Shown: positions 45,901 through 57,562 of the stretch, in pieces
How positions within the stretch are numbered: the stretch's first letter is position 1
Layout of the letters: every line of letters starts with the position of its first letter
DNA from: Eukaryota sp. TZLM1-RC
Taxonomy: Eukaryota; Protista; Metamonada: BaSk clade
Assembly (NCBI GenBank): GCA_040285825.1
Contig: JAUPSS010000003.1
Coordinates: forward strand, 1,736,001-1,800,000
Direction of reading: 5' to 3'
DNA: 64,000 bases
Notes under the pieces: model-generated
Told to the model about the DNA's origin: nothing
Databases searched by the model: none
The model's input: the letters and a program-made list of their open reading frames with translations, nothing else
Translations under genes and position numbers: made by a program

Positions 45901-48900
45901 GAAAGTTGATCTCCATTGGAGGACAGTCAATCCCATCAGCATGCGGCTTAAGGGTGAATGTCTCTTCGAACTCTTTCAAGGTTAGAAGTAAGGTCTTCTT
46001 GTCGTTGTCACAGTCGAGGTTAATAGTACAACCAGAAGACTGTATGTGCTCCAACCAACGTCTGGGGACGTTGACGACATCTGAGACTTGGGAGATTCGA
46101 TGGTCGAATTCAGCCTCAGGCAGAAGTAATGTACGATGTTCCTCATCCATCTTGATGAAGAGGCCTTCATCGTTCAATAAGCCTAGGTGATGCAGCAGGT
46201 CTCTGCCAATTAGTAACATATTGTTGCCAGGAATGATGGCCAAGCTATGTTTCACATGAACTAATTGGGTTACACTACCGAGTCTGAAGCTCAGTGTGCC
46301 TTCTGCTGATCCTAAAGACTTCGACATGATGTTGTTTGCAGACTTAAAGTTTATGCAATGGTTAGTCTTTACCATGTTGCATCTCTCTGCTAAATCAACA
46401 GTGATGACTGATATCGAAGCTCCAGAGTCGATGATCCCTTCTATTTCGCAGTTATTTATTGAAAATTTCAATTTTAAATTTTTGCGTGCGACATCTGCGG
46501 TGCGAACCATGAAGATATCACTGTGGGACTCTGAGTCTGGGTTCGAGTCGAACTCATGAATGAAACAGGGTTTATTTGGTGTTTCTATCGTTGTAGCTGT
46601 TTTAGAATTCTGGGTAGTCAAAGGATTAGTTAAGCACTTAATCCACTGGTTGGAGACTGAGGTTTGTTTTATGTTTGGTGTTTTACGTGCTGGAGAGCTG
46701 TCTTGCTCTATAGTAAACAAGGAACATTTGTTTGAACGTTGCTTTGATGTATTACCTGTTGGAGAGCTATCTTGCTCTATAGTAAACATAGAATATTTAT
46801 GGGAACGTTTATTACTACTAGAAGGGCCCTTGCCTCTTCCTCTACGTCTACCTCTGCCTCTACTACTACTATTACTACTACCCCTAGCCAAATATGCTCG
46901 AACGGCATCTGGGTTGGCTTTTCGCCATTGCTTGGATCGCTGGCAATCAGGGTCGGGACATTCGTTAATGGAGTGGCCTGGAAGACCACAGAATCTACAG
47001 AGACCAGCTTTATCTCTTTCTTTCTTAATTTGCGACTTGCTCCTTTTGGTAAGTTGAGCAGGGGCGACGCTGGAACCCGCAGGCTTAAATTTGCCTATTC
47101 TTTTCTTGTCCTTTGGGTTTGCTCTAACATAGTGACCCATATGTTGTTGATAGCTGTCACTGATGTTGGCCCTTTGCTCGTCATAGGATCTTGCTGAACA
47201 CCAACTCATGTATTCAGCAGCAAGGATGTCGACAAATTGTTGTAAAGTATGGTGTTGCCAAACATTGGGTGTGGACCATACTGTTCTCAGGTTGTCACTG
47301 ATGGCCTGAATACCAACAGAATCGATCATATGGGTTGCAATTTCCCAGTTTTGAATACGCTGTAGAAAGTGTTGACCATACAAGGCACGGTCGCTTGCCC
47401 TGACGTCAGAAATGGCAGTACTTCGTGAAACCGTTCTCATTAGCCTCACTGTGAAGTCGCCCCAGCGATTCCTAAAGTCCTGAATATTCCAATTCATCTG
47501 GACTCTATATAACTGATTCCTCGCCGTTTCTAATGTACTATACTGGCTGAGGTGTAAAATCGATTCCCATATTTGCTCCTCATTGATGTTGTCGATAGCT
47601 GAGATACTATCAGACATGGACGAAAACCTGCCTTGAGCTCTCAGAGCGGCCAAGCATTCTGGAGTAACACAGGAGGCGATCCTGCGAGGGTCGACTTGAG
47701 CAGCAGCTCTGAATCGGTCCCACTCGTGGAGGGGTTACCATATCTCTGATCGAGAGGGAGGTTCCGGTTTTCTCTGCTTATGGATTGAGGAGTGGCAGGA
47801 GGACGAGAACGTTCCTCAAGTTGCCTTCTTAATTCAGACACTTCTCTTGCTAGTCTGACTTGAGTAGGATCAGATTCATTGATGTCTCTCTCTTCAATGG
47901 TCCTCTCAGTCCTAGCATACAGAATAAATCTGTCGATGAATTTCAAGATCCTTACTGGGTCAGAGATATCGTTGGCTTCCAGGGTGGGTTTTCTAGGACG
48001 ACCACCTCTTTGTCTATCTCTATCTCTATCTTGTGAACTCGCCATAGCTTCCATCAGTAGGGTGTTGGAATACTGGGGAGCTATGGGAGTGTTAGAAGGA
48101 GTTACTCCTAGGAGCCTAGGGTCCTGAGGAACCTGGGAAGGAGTTGATGGATCCTGAGATTGGACAACTACAGGTTGTTGCACTGACTCAACAGTGTCAG
48201 TAGTCGCCATTGGCTCATCTTGTTGTTGGTCATCTTGAGGCTCAATGCTCAAAGATGAGAAAACTGTGTCTGTCTCAACTGGGTCAGGCTCAGAAGTTCT
48301 CAATTCTACTGGGTCATGATCGCTCGGATAGTAACTTTGCACATTACCATCAACATTGACCCACAGAAGAGAACTAGAATTGGTGACACCAATGTTCTCC
48401 TGTACATTCATCAGGGCGTCCCTTAGTGGCCTATTCCTTCTATGTTCTGGACCAAAATATGACGCGCAATGGTCTGGTCTGCGCTCTTGAAGGTACAATC
48501 TTTGGTAGTTCGTGGTGTAAGTGTACCACAATCCAGTCCTGAAGTCTCTATTGATATAAATATCAAGAGAGGCATTCTATCCAGGGCTAAACCTGGGGAA
48601 AGGACATGGGTTACATCGGTTGAGGAAGAGATTCAGCTCATCACCAGCGAAGATCCTCTGTACACCTTCACGAGGAGTTCTGAACCCTCCAACAGTATCC
48701 CGTTGAGGATAAATTGGAGGAGGGTCACAACGAACCGTAAGATTGTCTACTTCTTCCGTTGGGAAGTAGGGACCTATTCTTCTGCGGATCCTAAAGCCGT
48801 GATCATTAACCACTTCTGGACCCCAAAATGGGGGTAAAGCAGCAATGAGTTCATTGGGAGGAATCGATGCAGGATCTCCTAGCATTAACTCAATACCAGC

Positions 48901-50046
48901 ATTGAGAACTAAGTTTTGAGCTTCAGTTCTCTGTTGGGTAGAGATGAAAGGAGAATCTGATTCCTGGGGCTGGCTTGGGGCTTGATAAGTGTTAGGCTGT
49001 GCAGCACTAAGCACCTGCCAAGCAGCAGGAATAGAAGAAACAACGTGACCTTGCTGAGGAGTCTGGCCAGAGGTTGGAGGGACATGAATTACTCCTCTAG
49101 TAGGAACTCCCGAAGGAGGAACAGATGGAGTTGAATGGACTTCTGTAGGAGCTACCGTAGTAGGAGCAGAAGTATCAGGAAGGCCTGCTACAGGAACTTC
49201 TTGAGAAGGAGTAGTAGGATTTGGGCTACCAGCAGGGACTGCAGGAGGAGCTGGTTGTTGTGGAGGGCTGCTTTCCATAGGTACTTCTCTAGAAGGAATG
49301 GAAGGAGCTTGTTGTCCTTCCCCAGGAGCTTCCGTAGAAGAAGTAGAAGGAACTTGTTGTCCTTCCCCAGGAGCTTCCGTAGAAGAAGTGGAAGGAACTT
49401 GTTGTCCTTCCCCAGGAGCTTCCGTAGAAGAAGTGGAAGGGGCAACAGGAGCGCAAACAATAGGTGAAGAGGGAGGCTCTACTCTCTTGAGCTTCAACAG
49501 CTCAGATATCTTGTTGCTGGCTGAGTCAGGGTCAGTCTGGTTGATGATATACTTCAGATATTCATCTAAAGTACTGAACTGTTCAGGACCTAAAAGGGAA
49601 TCTTCAACCTCTCCTTCAGAACCAGGGGGGGGAGAAAGAGGTATAAAGTTTTCCACATTAGCGGGAGGAACAGGAAGACTGATAGGAACCACAGGAACGT
49701 CATCCGTAGATGGAGTGGAACCTTGACCCGAGGGTTGAGAGGAAGTGTCACTTCTCTCGCCACCAGAGGGTTGTTCTGTTCCCAACTGAGGAGTTTGGGA
49801 GGAAGAACTTGAAACATTGGGTTGTGTAACAGAATCTCCGGAAGGAGGAGTTAACACAGGAGGAGGAGAAGCATTGCTTCCCTCGGACCCAGTTGTCAAG
49901 GGTTGTTCTGGTCCCGACTGAGGAGTTCGGGAGGAAGAACTCGAAGAGTGAGACGTAGGAGGATCAGTCCTAACAGTCTCGGAGTTGTCATTGGAACCAC
50001 CCAAAGGTGATCCAATACGTATTGATGATCTGTGGGGGTTAGACAT
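42904..50046 (-). CDS. Inner element polyprotein (about 2380 aa reconstructed): Pro/Ser-rich N-terminus, Gag, PR, RT, RNase H, integrase, chromodomain-like C-terminus
   Basis: CRFCGLPGHSINEC, IDSGAS, YIDD, CDASD..TDH, HHCC, VHSDNGPEF, NGLVER, YKGPF, EEHVIQKVL..VQW; broken by one TAG (48577-48579) and three 1-bp deletions in base runs. Confidence 0.9.
49301..49440 (-). repeat. 45-bp tandem repeat x3 in the inner ORF
   Basis: Encodes PSTSSTEAPGEGQQ(V/A) three times. Confidence 0.95.
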
Positions 50047-50182
50047 TGAGTATACCTTAAATGTAATTTATTACAGGGAAATAAGGATTTCCCTAAACTT
50101 AAGCGCATAGGCGCAATAAATACAAATACTATTAATAAACTATAAATAAACTATTATAAATATTATCCAAGGCTAACACATG

Positions 50183-52320
50183 ACGATTACTTAAAACAAA
50201 TAAAAGACTTAATAGTAAACCACATGCCCCTTGAATTACCAGCTCCGGGCAAGCGAGTATTGATAAGTACAGACGCTTCAGATGTAGCAGTAGGAGGTGT
50301 TATTTGGCAAGAAATTGAACCCTACTCCCCTGCAGGAACCCCGCTAAATAAAAGGAAAGTAAAACCTTTGTCATTCTATAGTAGATTACTTACAGAAACA
50401 CAAAGAAAATGGTCCACTTTACAAAAAGAATTATATGCAATACTTTTGATTTTAACTGAAAGTTGTTTAGAAAGCTACTTGTTAACTAGACATTTAACAA
50501 TTTTCACAGATCATAAAAACATTGCATTCCTGGCTACAGCCCCAGAGAAAGATAGAATTGTAAAGAGATGGCTGCCGATACTATCTGAATTCGACTTTGA
50601 CATAGTCCACGAACCTGGTGAAGACAACCATTGGGCAGATATGTTATCGAGGAATATTGATTTGGATCAAAACGAGGAAACTTCTTCTATTTGTAGTATA
50701 AATATACCAGATACTTTACTTTCAAATTACGAGATACCTCCACTAGACGATGATTCTGATTCGGATCTTGAAGATATCCCATCAATCTCATCTCTAAGTA
50801 GACACCAAGACCCACCTATTTTTTCTTCTTGGTTCTCTAAGATAAGATCTGAACAACAAATAGCCAAAAACAGCAACGACTCATTATTTGAAAATGCAAT
50901 TCTAGATGAAAATACTCAAATTTGGAAAAATAATAAAAGCAAAATTTTGATTCCAAAGAGCCTCAGAAAACAGACACTACTATAAATACATGGTTTGGTT
51001 CAATCTGGTCACCGTAGCAAAAACGATAGTTTACACAAACTATCCAAAAGCGATTTCGACTGGCCCAATATGAGAAAGGACCTTATTAATCATGTCGAAA
51101 GATGCCCAACTTGTCAAAAAACGGCTCCAGTTAAAAGATCAAAAACACCTTCCACAGGATCTTTATGGGCAGATCGTCCTTTTGCCAGATTAAACGTCGA
51201 TACAATTGGACCCCTGAATTCTGACAACGAAAAAAAAATATCTATTAGTATTTGTAGACTCTTTTACTGGATATACAATTTTAGTTCCTCTTAAAGAACT
51301 CAATGCCTTAGAAACCGCAGATGCCTTAATTTGGAATGTTTGCGCTATCTTTGGCATACCTATGTTAATTCATAGTGATAATGGACCTGAGTTCGCCAAT
51401 GAGACTTTCAAAATAGTGTGTAACAGATTAGCGATTGAGATGAGTAACTCAATTCCCCACTATTCAGAAAGTAATGGACTTGTAGAACGTAAACATAGAG
51501 ACGTTCTTCAATGCTTAAGGAAACTATTAATAGATTTCAATGATTACAGAAATTGGTCTACATATGTACCTATATCCCAACTGTTAATAAATTCTACTAA
51601 AAACAGAAAAACTGGTTTTACCCCATACGAACTCATGTTCGGTTCTTCGATTAGTCCAAGAACAGACCCTGCTGATATATTAGGAAATTTATCCAAATTT
51701 GAAACTAATATCCCCTTATTAGATGACATCAAAATGAAAAACACTCGTCTACAAGAAAAAAGGGAAGAAGCAGAGCGTCATCAAACATTAAATACTCCGT
51801 CTTCAGTAGATAATACTAATTCGTGTTTTTTAGCATTAAATATTGGTGACTACGTCTTACGTAAAACCAAGCAAAATAATAAATTGCATGGATCTTGGAA
51901 TAGACCATTTTTAGTTATTGACCCTCCTTCCAAATCCACTTTATTATTGAAGAATCTTACCACTGGCACCGAATTAAAGGCTGCTAAGAAAGATTGTAAG
52001 ATCTATAACGCAGAAAATCCACAGGACATTGAGTTCCTCAAGGCAGTCGCTGCAGGCGATTCCGAAAAACACGTTATAGAGAAAATCCTCTGAGAATACC
52101 ACTCTGATTCAGGTAGTTTCTGTACTGTTCAGTGGTTTGGTGGTGAGACAACAGAAGAGTCACTCCATTCGGTTAAACACTCAGAAGCTTGTAAGTTATT
52201 TAGTAAGGATAACAAGAAAATTGGAAAACGTACCACTAGTCGACGACAAGGTACCTCCAATGAGTCTACGCCTTCTAAGAAGCCTAGACGCAGTAATAGA
52301 ATTAGGAAGAGGAGCTAATT
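50183..52320 (+). pseudogene. Outer element RNase H-integrase-chromodomain-like region with stops and a frameshift
   Basis: TDASD, FTDHKN, CPTCQK, HSDNGPEF, SNGLVER, EKHVIEKIL*..CTVQW. Confidence 0.92.
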
Positions 52321-52448
52321 CTTAGTTTATATCGATTATTTATATTATATCGATTATATGTATTTATTTTTAGTTATTTCGTTATTTGTATATAGTTTTT
52401 ATTTCATATTCATATAAACTGATTTATTTTGAAAAAGGGAAGAAGCAG

Positions 52449-52527
52449 TGTTGGCGCCCTGAGGCTTATATAATATGAATAGAAAATAAATCAGACTTTT
52501 CTTTACTAAAATAGACTTTAGGCAACA
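52449..52527 (+). repeat. 3' LTR of outer element (79 bp)
   Basis: Direct repeat of 37978-38056, followed by TSD CATA. Confidence 0.95.
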
Positions 52528-52650
52528 CATAGACATTTGGAATCTGGGAAATGAAACAACTTGAGCTACTTTCCTTAAGATCAATTAAAGAGTTAGCAAA
52601 AACGGGATTCATTTCCTTAACCAAGCTTAGACGTACAGTCAAAAGGACGT
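52528..52650 (-). mobile_element. Continuation of the non-LTR family B relic
   Basis: VRLSLVKEMNPVFANSLIDL..ISQIPNVY homologous to 60835-60945. Confidence 0.9.
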
Positions 52651-52867
52651 GAAGCACTTGTCAACCAGTGAATTGAATACAAGCAAATTGTCCAGTTGTT
52701 GCATGGCCGAGATTATTCAAACAGGTTTATGGCAGATGTGTATTTGTACTGGGTGTCAAATAGTATATGACAGAGATATTTCCGCTGCAAAAGATATTCA
52801 AATTAAGAAGAAAGTGGAATTGTGGCCGGAACGATACATTTGCCCAGAATCTCTGTTGAGGAGATGA
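52651..52867 (+). pseudogene. Fanzor/TnpB C-terminal relic
   Basis: ELNTSKLSSCC (RuvC-II-like E + Zn pair), CTGC, YDRDISAAKDI (RuvC-III). Confidence 0.8.
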
Positions 52868-52963
52868 ATGGGGAAGCTGAGCATACAGAAACAAAAACTT
52901 TTGAAAAACTTGTATTTTATTTTGAGTTTTTTATTTTATTTTTGATTTTCTTAAAAAACTTTT

Positions 52964-53055
52964 GAGACCGATCCACAAATGCATTTGTAGCATTTGTTAG
53001 ATCTACTTAGACACATCAAGCCGCGAGGCCTTGTTCTGTGAAAGCAAATGGTAAA
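52964..53055 (+). ncRNA. Structured RNA candidate (possible omega-RNA)
   Basis: GATC-ACAAATGC / GCATTTGT-GATC hairpin, CAAGCC-GCGA-GGCCTTG GNRA hairpin, TGT-GAAA-GCA; about 100 nt after the Fanzor relic. Confidence 0.4.
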
Positions 53056-53166
53056 TCTTTAATTTCAATCCAGAAAATCATCTTTGAAGTAAATAATGAT
53101 TTCCAGAAATAACTAATATTAACTATTATCAACTCCATCTGTCAATTAATAAACTACACCTCCTGA

Positions 53167-55824
53167 ATGGTGCTTTTTTCCACTAAGACCTGGTGGCAAG
53201 CTCATCTTTCTTCATCAGAGCAATCTAGTCCTGATGCATTTTGTATAGGTAACTTAGACAATGGGTCATCTGGTGACTCCAAAATTGCCTCTGGAACTCT
53301 CAGTGGCATCATTCGCATATATCAACCTCAAGAGAGTCAAGAATCCTCAGCAGAAGACCTTCTACTTGAGCAAGATCTTACTGAACCCATCCTACAACTC
53401 TCATGTGGTCGTTTCATCCCAAACTCAGAGTCTTTCGCCCTTGCTGTCCTCCATCCTCGTCGTCTATCAGTCTACCTCCTCTCTTTCACCTCTGGCGCAG
53501 CTACATCTGGATCATACTCTTCTCTAGACCTTCTCTATGATCACCAGCTTCCTTACAATGCCTTCTCCATGATTTTTGGCTCATTTGGAGGTCGTGCAGG
53601 GAAGGACCTTATTTGTATTCAATCCATGGACTCACACTTAGTCTTTATTGAACATGATAAGTTCATGTTTGCTTGTGCTCTTTCCCCTTCACTTTTCCTC
53701 ATGCCCGGTCCCCTTTCTTATGATCCTGTCACGGATTCTTTCCTCATTGGCTCAACCTCACAGGAACTGTTTTGCTATTCTTTCAGGTCATTATCTGCTA
53801 CATCTCACGTGATGAGTAATCAATCACAAGACTTTTCAGGACCAGTTTCCGAATGGTCAGTTAATTTAGGAGACCATACTGTTTCTATTTGTGCACTGGG
53901 AAAATGTAAATTTATTGCTATTGTTTGTGAACATTCCCTGGTTTTTGTTTCTCATAGAGGTGACGTTCTCACTCAAGTTAAGATTGATTACGTCCCAGTT
54001 GCCGCTTGTTTGTATCCTAGTCAAAAAGTCAATGAAAGTCTCGTCAGCACGACACTTGTCAATCATAATTTGATTGTTTCGACTAGCTCTCGTAATTTAT
54101 TGGTGTATTCAGAGCTTGGTGATTTATTATGGTTGTCCAAGACTCCTTCAGTAGGACGATCTCTTCTTGTCAGTTGTTTCGGTGACACGTCGGGATTGAT
54201 CTCCGCTTTGACGAGTGACAATTACCTGAATATTTGGTATTTAGGCACAGAACAGTCTGATGAAGTCAAGGTTAGTCAATTGACTTCTGAAGACGCTGTT
54301 ACTATGGAAAAACAGCGAGCCAAACTACAACACCAGGTAAATAAGCAACTTGCTGGTGGTAGAGGTTCAAAATCAAGACGTGATGAGGTCAAAATTGATG
54401 TAGTTTCTGTTTCTGATGTTGTTGTCTGTGAACGTGACCGATGTGTCACGATTGACTCACTTGATTTTGATTGTATAGCTCAGAATCTATCAGTTTTGAT
54501 TGAAGACGGAGCTGATTTTAGACCAGGTCTAATTGGTTCAGGTTTTGCTGTAGAAACCACAGTTAGAATATCATTATCCACTAATCATGACCTTGATGAC
54601 GTGATCATCTCATCATCTACCACATCTCCCATCATTTCCCTTGATTCGCAAGTCAAAATTTCAACTCTAAAACGGAAAAATTCCACCCCTGTAGTGATTC
54701 CTTTGACTTTTGTCTGTATCCATAATAATCCTAATGTTTGTGTCTGTCCTGGCTCATTAGTGGCTTGTATTTCAGTTTCTTATTCAGTGATTAACACAAA
54801 TTCAAAGAATTCAAAGGTGTTTGAGGTACCCTTACCACTTAATTTGGTTGCAGTTCCCATAAATCCGGTGAAGTCTTGCGAATTCAAGGCCACTTTTGAA
54901 CTTTCGAGGCCAATTGATATAATGAATGTGTTTTTCTCCAACATTTTTTCATCATCTGAATCTAGTCCAATTGAACCCTCAATAGTTCAAAACTATAAGA
55001 ATCTTTACGAGTCGAGAGGAAACGTCACCGGTCAAGTAGTTTCCTTTAGATTATGTGATGCCTCCGAAGTTTCCATTTTTGAGCGATCTTCTGGAAAAGT
55101 CAAACTACGAATTCAATCAAGTCATTTTGAATCAATGTATTTATTTTTTAATTATATATTGAATTATTTAAACACTCAAGATGATGTCAATATCAACTTC
55201 AAAGATCCACTGCCGATCTCTGATTTATTTTCTTTAGTAGACATTCATTTAAACACAAGACATCAGTTTATTCAATTGCAGGAAGAGTTGAGCAAGAAAG
55301 CTAAAATGTTTAGGTCCATTCAAAAGCGTTTAATAGTTCGTTATAAGGAAAAAAACCCCCCGCCTCTAAATGGTATTGATCTTATACTTGGTTCCACTCA
55401 TGCTGATATAGCAACTTTATGTAAAGATGCTACAAATGTTAAGAATTGTCTTGTTAGACTATCAATTGGATTAAGTTTCACTGTCAGATATTTTTTAAAA
55501 TTAATGGTTATTAAATATAGTTTAAATCCAGAAGAAGAATCCATTGTGGAATCTCAGTTGTGTCCTGATCTTCTGCTATCCAATTCTTTTGACGTTCGGA
55601 ATTACGAACCTGATGATGGAACAACCATTGAAGATTTTGGGTGGCAGGAAACTGTGTTTAATTCCTTGTCTAGTTTAATCAAAACTAGTCAGAAAAATTC
55701 AAGAGATAGGTCAAAAATAGCTCCAGGAGTCATGATGATTCCTGATGATGTTAATAAGTTACACAAGGTTTTTCTTTTGTTTTTAGAATCTCTAACGTCT
55801 TCTGAATCACAAAAGGTGAGTTGA
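53167..55824 (+). CDS. BBS9: BBSome subunit BBS9/PTHB1
   Basis: MVLFSTKTWW, LAVLHPRRL, DLICIQSMD, FRSIQKRLIVRYKEKNP, GWQE; 885 aa. Confidence 0.95.
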   Translation: MVLFSTKTWWQAHLSSSEQSSPDAFCIGNLDNGSSGDSKIASGTLSGIIRIYQPQESQESSAEDLLLEQDLTEPILQLSCGRFIPNSESFALAVLHPRRLSVYLLSFTSGAATSGSYSSLDLLYDHQLPYNAFSMIFGSFGGRAGKDLICIQSMDSHLVFIEHDKFMFACALSPSLFLMPGPLSYDPVTDSFLIGSTSQELFCYSFRSLSATSHVMSNQSQDFSGPVSEWSVNLGDHTVSICALGKCKFIAIVCEHSLVFVSHRGDVLTQVKIDYVPVAACLYPSQKVNESLVSTTLVNHNLIVSTSSRNLLVYSELGDLLWLSKTPSVGRSLLVSCFGDTSGLISALTSDNYLNIWYLGTEQSDEVKVSQLTSEDAVTMEKQRAKLQHQVNKQLAGGRGSKSRRDEVKIDVVSVSDVVVCERDRCVTIDSLDFDCIAQNLSVLIEDGADFRPGLIGSGFAVETTVRISLSTNHDLDDVIISSSTTSPIISLDSQVKISTLKRKNSTPVVIPLTFVCIHNNPNVCVCPGSLVACISVSYSVINTNSKNSKVFEVPLPLNLVAVPINPVKSCEFKATFELSRPIDIMNVFFSNIFSSSESSPIEPSIVQNYKNLYESRGNVTGQVVSFRLCDASEVSIFERSSGKVKLRIQSSHFESMYLFFNYILNYLNTQDDVNINFKDPLPISDLFSLVDIHLNTRHQFIQLQEELSKKAKMFRSIQKRLIVRYKEKNPPPLNGIDLILGSTHADIATLCKDATNVKNCLVRLSIGLSFTVRYFLKLMVIKYSLNPEEESIVESQLCPDLLLSNSFDVRNYEPDDGTTIEDFGWQETVFNSLSSLIKTSQKNSRDRSKIAPGVMMIPDDVNKLHKVFLLFLESLTSSESQKVS

Positions 55825-56799
55825 TTGTTTTTTTGGTAGCGAGTTGTTTTATATACTGTATATTTAATAAAAAAATTAAATTTTCATTTATATTAAATTT
55901 GTCTCTTAATTTAATGTACTTGTCCAAGGCGTGCATTCATAGGTGACGCTGTGGCAAAAATGTATGTGAAAGCTTATTTTCAGTTAGTTGGTTTCCCATT
56001 TGAAAGTTCATTGATTAAGCTTTGTATCCTTTGTGATACCTCTCTTACAATGACTCAGCACGTTTATAAAACAATTTTGTTATTGTCAAGAGCAATAGCT
56101 TTCTGCAATTGTCGGTTCAAGTGACACTTTTCCGTTTTGTTGACATTAGGTACATCTGATTTCATTGGTCTTGCAACTGTTTGTATTTATTTGTATATGT
56201 AGATTCATTTATCATGATTGCACATTATGTATTTCAAATGTTCTGCAGTGTTGTTTTATTTCCTTTCTTCATGATACTGACAACACTACAAAGGCAAAAA
56301 AATGAAAGTGTTAAGTTGAGATTTCAACTGGTGATCAACATTTCTATTGATTTCTATTGTCTTTGTAAAATGTGGAATGTTGATAAAAAACATTTGTTGT
56401 GTTTTTTTGACAGATTGAGAACAATTTTCAATGGAACCCACTGAATGCACTTACAATTGTTGCTTTCAAAAAACAAGCAATGTTTCTTTTCTTCCGATAA
56501 TTAGGCTATTAATGTTGCTATAATGTGTTTTCAATCATCAAGGAGTATTATTCAAGTTTATATTTTTTATTTTAATTAATGTGTTCAAATTCTGAGGCCG
56601 GAATTAGTGGTAATGTTAGATGTTAAAGATTGAGTAGAAGGAAATTTATGTTTTTATGGCAGATAAAAAAAGATAGTTAATACAATATGATGGGGGTCAA
56701 TTCATCCATAGCAGTAAATTGCAAATTTTTCATTTTGTAAATTCAGTGCATCTTACAAAAAAATTCAATCAAATTCAAAAATTTCAGTACTATTGGATT

Positions 56800-57442
56800 T
56801 CTGGAAACCTAGAAAAAATGGAGTAGTGGCATTTAAAGATGTGGATTCATCAACATAAGATAAAATCTACCCAATCATACCCAAGAGAAAAACGACAAAT
56901 GGATGCATGTAATGTTTAAATGAACAAACAAAATGTGACAACATCAATTATATCTGAGTGCTCGAAAAGCATTGAGAAGAAACACATTTGATTTCTTTAT
57001 AAGAAAACAGAAAAGATTCAGCTCAATTATCAACAAAGTGAAACAATTTGCAGACGGTCGAGAAGTAAAGGTGTTGTTTGGCAATGGAGGTGGTGGTACA
57101 TCACGTCAAAAAGTGAAAACTCCACGTAAGGCGTTTCTCAAGTTGTTACAATGTTCATTTGCTAATGTGAAGATCGGAGATGAATATATGACATCTGCAA
57201 AGGTGAACTGCTGTAAGATGCTACACCGAAAGATCTATCGAGAAGTTGATGGTGAAGTGAAAGTTCACAACGGATATTTCAGTTGTCCGGAATGTAAACA
57301 AGTTTGGACTAGAGACATTTCTACATCACTAAATCAGCAAAAAATTGCAATTAGTGAGCACTACTATGAAACAAGACCAGAGACGACAAAGAAACTAGCT
57401 TCAAAGGTACGTATTGTTCTAGAGGAGAAATGGGCTCGCTGA
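56800..57442 (+). pseudogene. Fanzor1-like relic (bridge helix, RuvC-II, Zn finger, RuvC-III)
   Basis: FDFFIRKQK, VLFGNG, TPRK, DEYMTS..CC, CPECKQVWTRDISTSLN, TRP; 5' part decayed. Confidence 0.88.
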
Positions 57443-57562
57443 GATTGGTGGCCAATTATTCGAGGATACCAGAACGTCTGTAGACGATCTCACCAAGGAT
57501 GAAAGTTCTGGGAATAAGATTGAATGATGCTTGAAAGTATGCATTCCAAATGAAAATCTCAG
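57439..57562 (+). ncRNA. Candidate Fanzor omega-RNA scaffold
   Basis: CTGAGATT/AATCTCAG closing stem; internal TTATTC/GAATAA, CCAGAAC/GTTCTGG and GAATG-ATGCT/AGTAT-CATTC stems. Confidence 0.5.

Larger units (their letters stand above)
42764..50178 (-). mobile_element. Ty3/gypsy LTR retrotransposon (inner, 7415 bp), young, inserted antisense into pol of the outer element
   Basis: Identical 156-bp LTRs (42764-42919, 50023-50178), TSD CATG, PPT GAAAAGAAGAAAGGGCAG; removal restores the host frame WTSKH-DDYLKQ. Confidence 0.98.
37978..52527 (+). mobile_element. Ty3/gypsy LTR retrotransposon (outer; about 7.1 kb without the nested insert), decayed
   Basis: 79-bp LTRs TG..CA with 2 mismatches, TSD CATA, PPT GAAAAAGGGAAGAAGCAG; Gag-PR-RT-RH-IN order. 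Confidence 0.97.

Noticed and set aside
44620-47740. Three frameshifts in the inner gypsy ORF as programmed frameshifting
   Set aside because: Each is fixed by adding one base to a short run (near 47731, 45859, 44625), restoring homology to the outer element; sequencing error is more likely.
38331-49440. 45-60 bp repeats as a CRISPR-like array
   Set aside because: In-frame coding tandem repeats without unique spacers.
55815-55840. GTGAGT..TAG as an intron at the BBS9 3' end
   Set aside because: BBS9 is already full length and there is no CTMA-N4-AG acceptor.
55930-56200. Possible minus-strand Fanzor2/IS607-TnpB trace (QRIQSLINEL)
   Set aside because: Too decayed; no catalytic motif visible.
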